DNA of 63,902 nt, filler included, from Gonapodya sp. JEL0774 (taxonomy: Eukaryota): assembly GCA_027604505.1 (NCBI GenBank). It is 3 parts of 3 records of this genome, joined end to end, with 100 filler letters (N's around TTAATTAATTAA, not from the genome) between each part and the next. Parts side by side here need not be neighbours in the genome. Positions count along the whole stretch, not along the records: positions 45,543 to 63,902 come from JADIIX010000260.1; 2 more parts are not named here. One strand, written 5' to 3'. Positions 62,901-63,902 of this stretch are shown here, one piece after another. The number at the start of each line of letters is the position of its first letter. Within the stretch, counting starts at the first letter, position 1. Position numbers and translations under genes: made by a program. Under the pieces are notes generated by a model. That model searched no databases. It was not told the DNA's origin and saw only the letters and a list, made by a program, of their open reading frames with translations.

Positions 62901-63902
62901 GTGTCACCAACCGCAACCGCCGCTACTGCACACAAGGTCAAGAAGGCATCTGTCATGGGCTCCATGTCAATAGTTCCAATACCTTTAAGTTGGCCGAAAG
63001 GTGGGCCCGTCACTGTCGTTGTTCGCTCCGTTTGTTCAACAACACATCCAAATTTGGCAAGTACCTCTGTAGCAAAACGACTGTCTCCCTGAAGACTGCG
63101 TGATCCCATATTGGTCACAGTTACAGTAGTACCGGTGACAGCGGCGAACGCCAGCGGATATGTCGCCGAGCTCGCATCGGCCTCCACGGAATAGTTGGCG
63201 GGGTTTGTGTACGTCGAGCGTGGCACCCGGTAGCTCCGTCCATCGGGCAGCCGCTCCACCTTGACCCCGAAATCCTCCATGATAGATAGCGTCATATCAA
63301 TGTATGCTTGAGACACCACCTCTTCGCCGGTCAAAGTGAGCTCCACAGGGGTCTCTGCATATGGTGCAGCCATGAGGATTGCTGATACATACTGCGAAGA
63401 AATATTGGCTGACAGAGCGATTTTGCCTCCAGGGAAACCGGTTGGCTGAATCACCAGGGGTAAAGAACCCTTCTTCTCGGCAAACGCAATCTTGCACCCA
63501 TTTGCATTCAGCGCATCCACAAGATCACCAATGGGCCTCTGCTTCATCCTCGGATTGCCAGTCAACGTCGTAGCCTGCCCTTTGTCACCGGCGTGACGCA
63601 AAGTCGGATGCGCGGAGTCGATCATTGCGGAGGTTGGCGGCCCCTCACCGACCTCTGCGCGTTTCGCTTTTGCTCGAATTTGCACATCCCCGTCATCTTC
63701 GGCACCAGATGACCCACTTTTGTCGTCGTCGTCGTCGCAGTCTCTTCGACTCTTAGCTCCTGCCAGCACTGCCACTGCTGTGAGAAACCTGCTGGCAGTT
63801 CCTGCATTTCCCAACCACACCTCGAGCTCAGGAGCCTTGATCACACCTCCGTTTCCTTTCACAACCAATGCCCTCCCATCTTCTGCATGCTCGAACGTCG
63901 CT
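59939..63902 (-). CDS. ARO1: Pentafunctional AROM polypeptide (EPSP synthase, shikimate kinase, type I DHQase, shikimate dehydrogenase); 5' DHQ synthase part lies beyond the window
   Basis: LGNAGTASRFL, SSQYVSAILM, RVKECDRI, DDHRVAM; IGMRGAGKTT; AVELRVDLL; GSPIAHSQSP, GSVTIPLKE, IGAVNT, GDNTDWLGI, GGGGTSRAA; intron 61421-61359. Confidence 0.97.

Overview
Intron-rich eukaryotic genomic DNA. Short GT-AG introns, a pentafunctional AROM gene and a Dal5-type MFS transporter indicate a fungus, probably an early-diverging zoosporic one (inference). There are two 100-N scaffold gaps, each carrying an artificial TTAATTAATTAA spacer. The left third (2.5-19.3 kb) is an accessory cluster of six paralogous single-pass receptor-like genes, called A-F here. 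Each encodes a signal peptide, Cys-rich cap, about three plant-type LRRs (LxxLxLxxNxLxGxIP), Cys linker, Pro/Ser/Thr stalk (poly-Pro in B, C, D and F) and a TM helix. Five of the six also carry a cytoplasmic SH3 domain split over three exons, so the ORF track does not show it. C, D and F look intact, B and E are pseudogenes, and A lacks the SH3. The cluster shows tandem and inverted duplication of an [SH3-type + A-type] pair and patchwork sequence exchange between copies. It ends at a CACTG-type transposon-like end, followed by a decayed DIRS-like retroelement (RT, RNase H, Dam-like MTase) whose pol frame appears to contain two spliceosomal introns. The rest is core genome: a linked MOCS1A(3' part)/MOCS1B locus, PP4R2, a 4E-T/Eap1-like eIF4E-binding protein, an ACS-family MFS permease, a very large coiled-coil protein, a Dicer-like gene, TRM11 head-to-head with an RsfS/MALSU1-like gene, a putative PP1-binding protein and ARO1 (5' end outside the window). 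All calls come from manual translation and motif recognition; no database searches were run.
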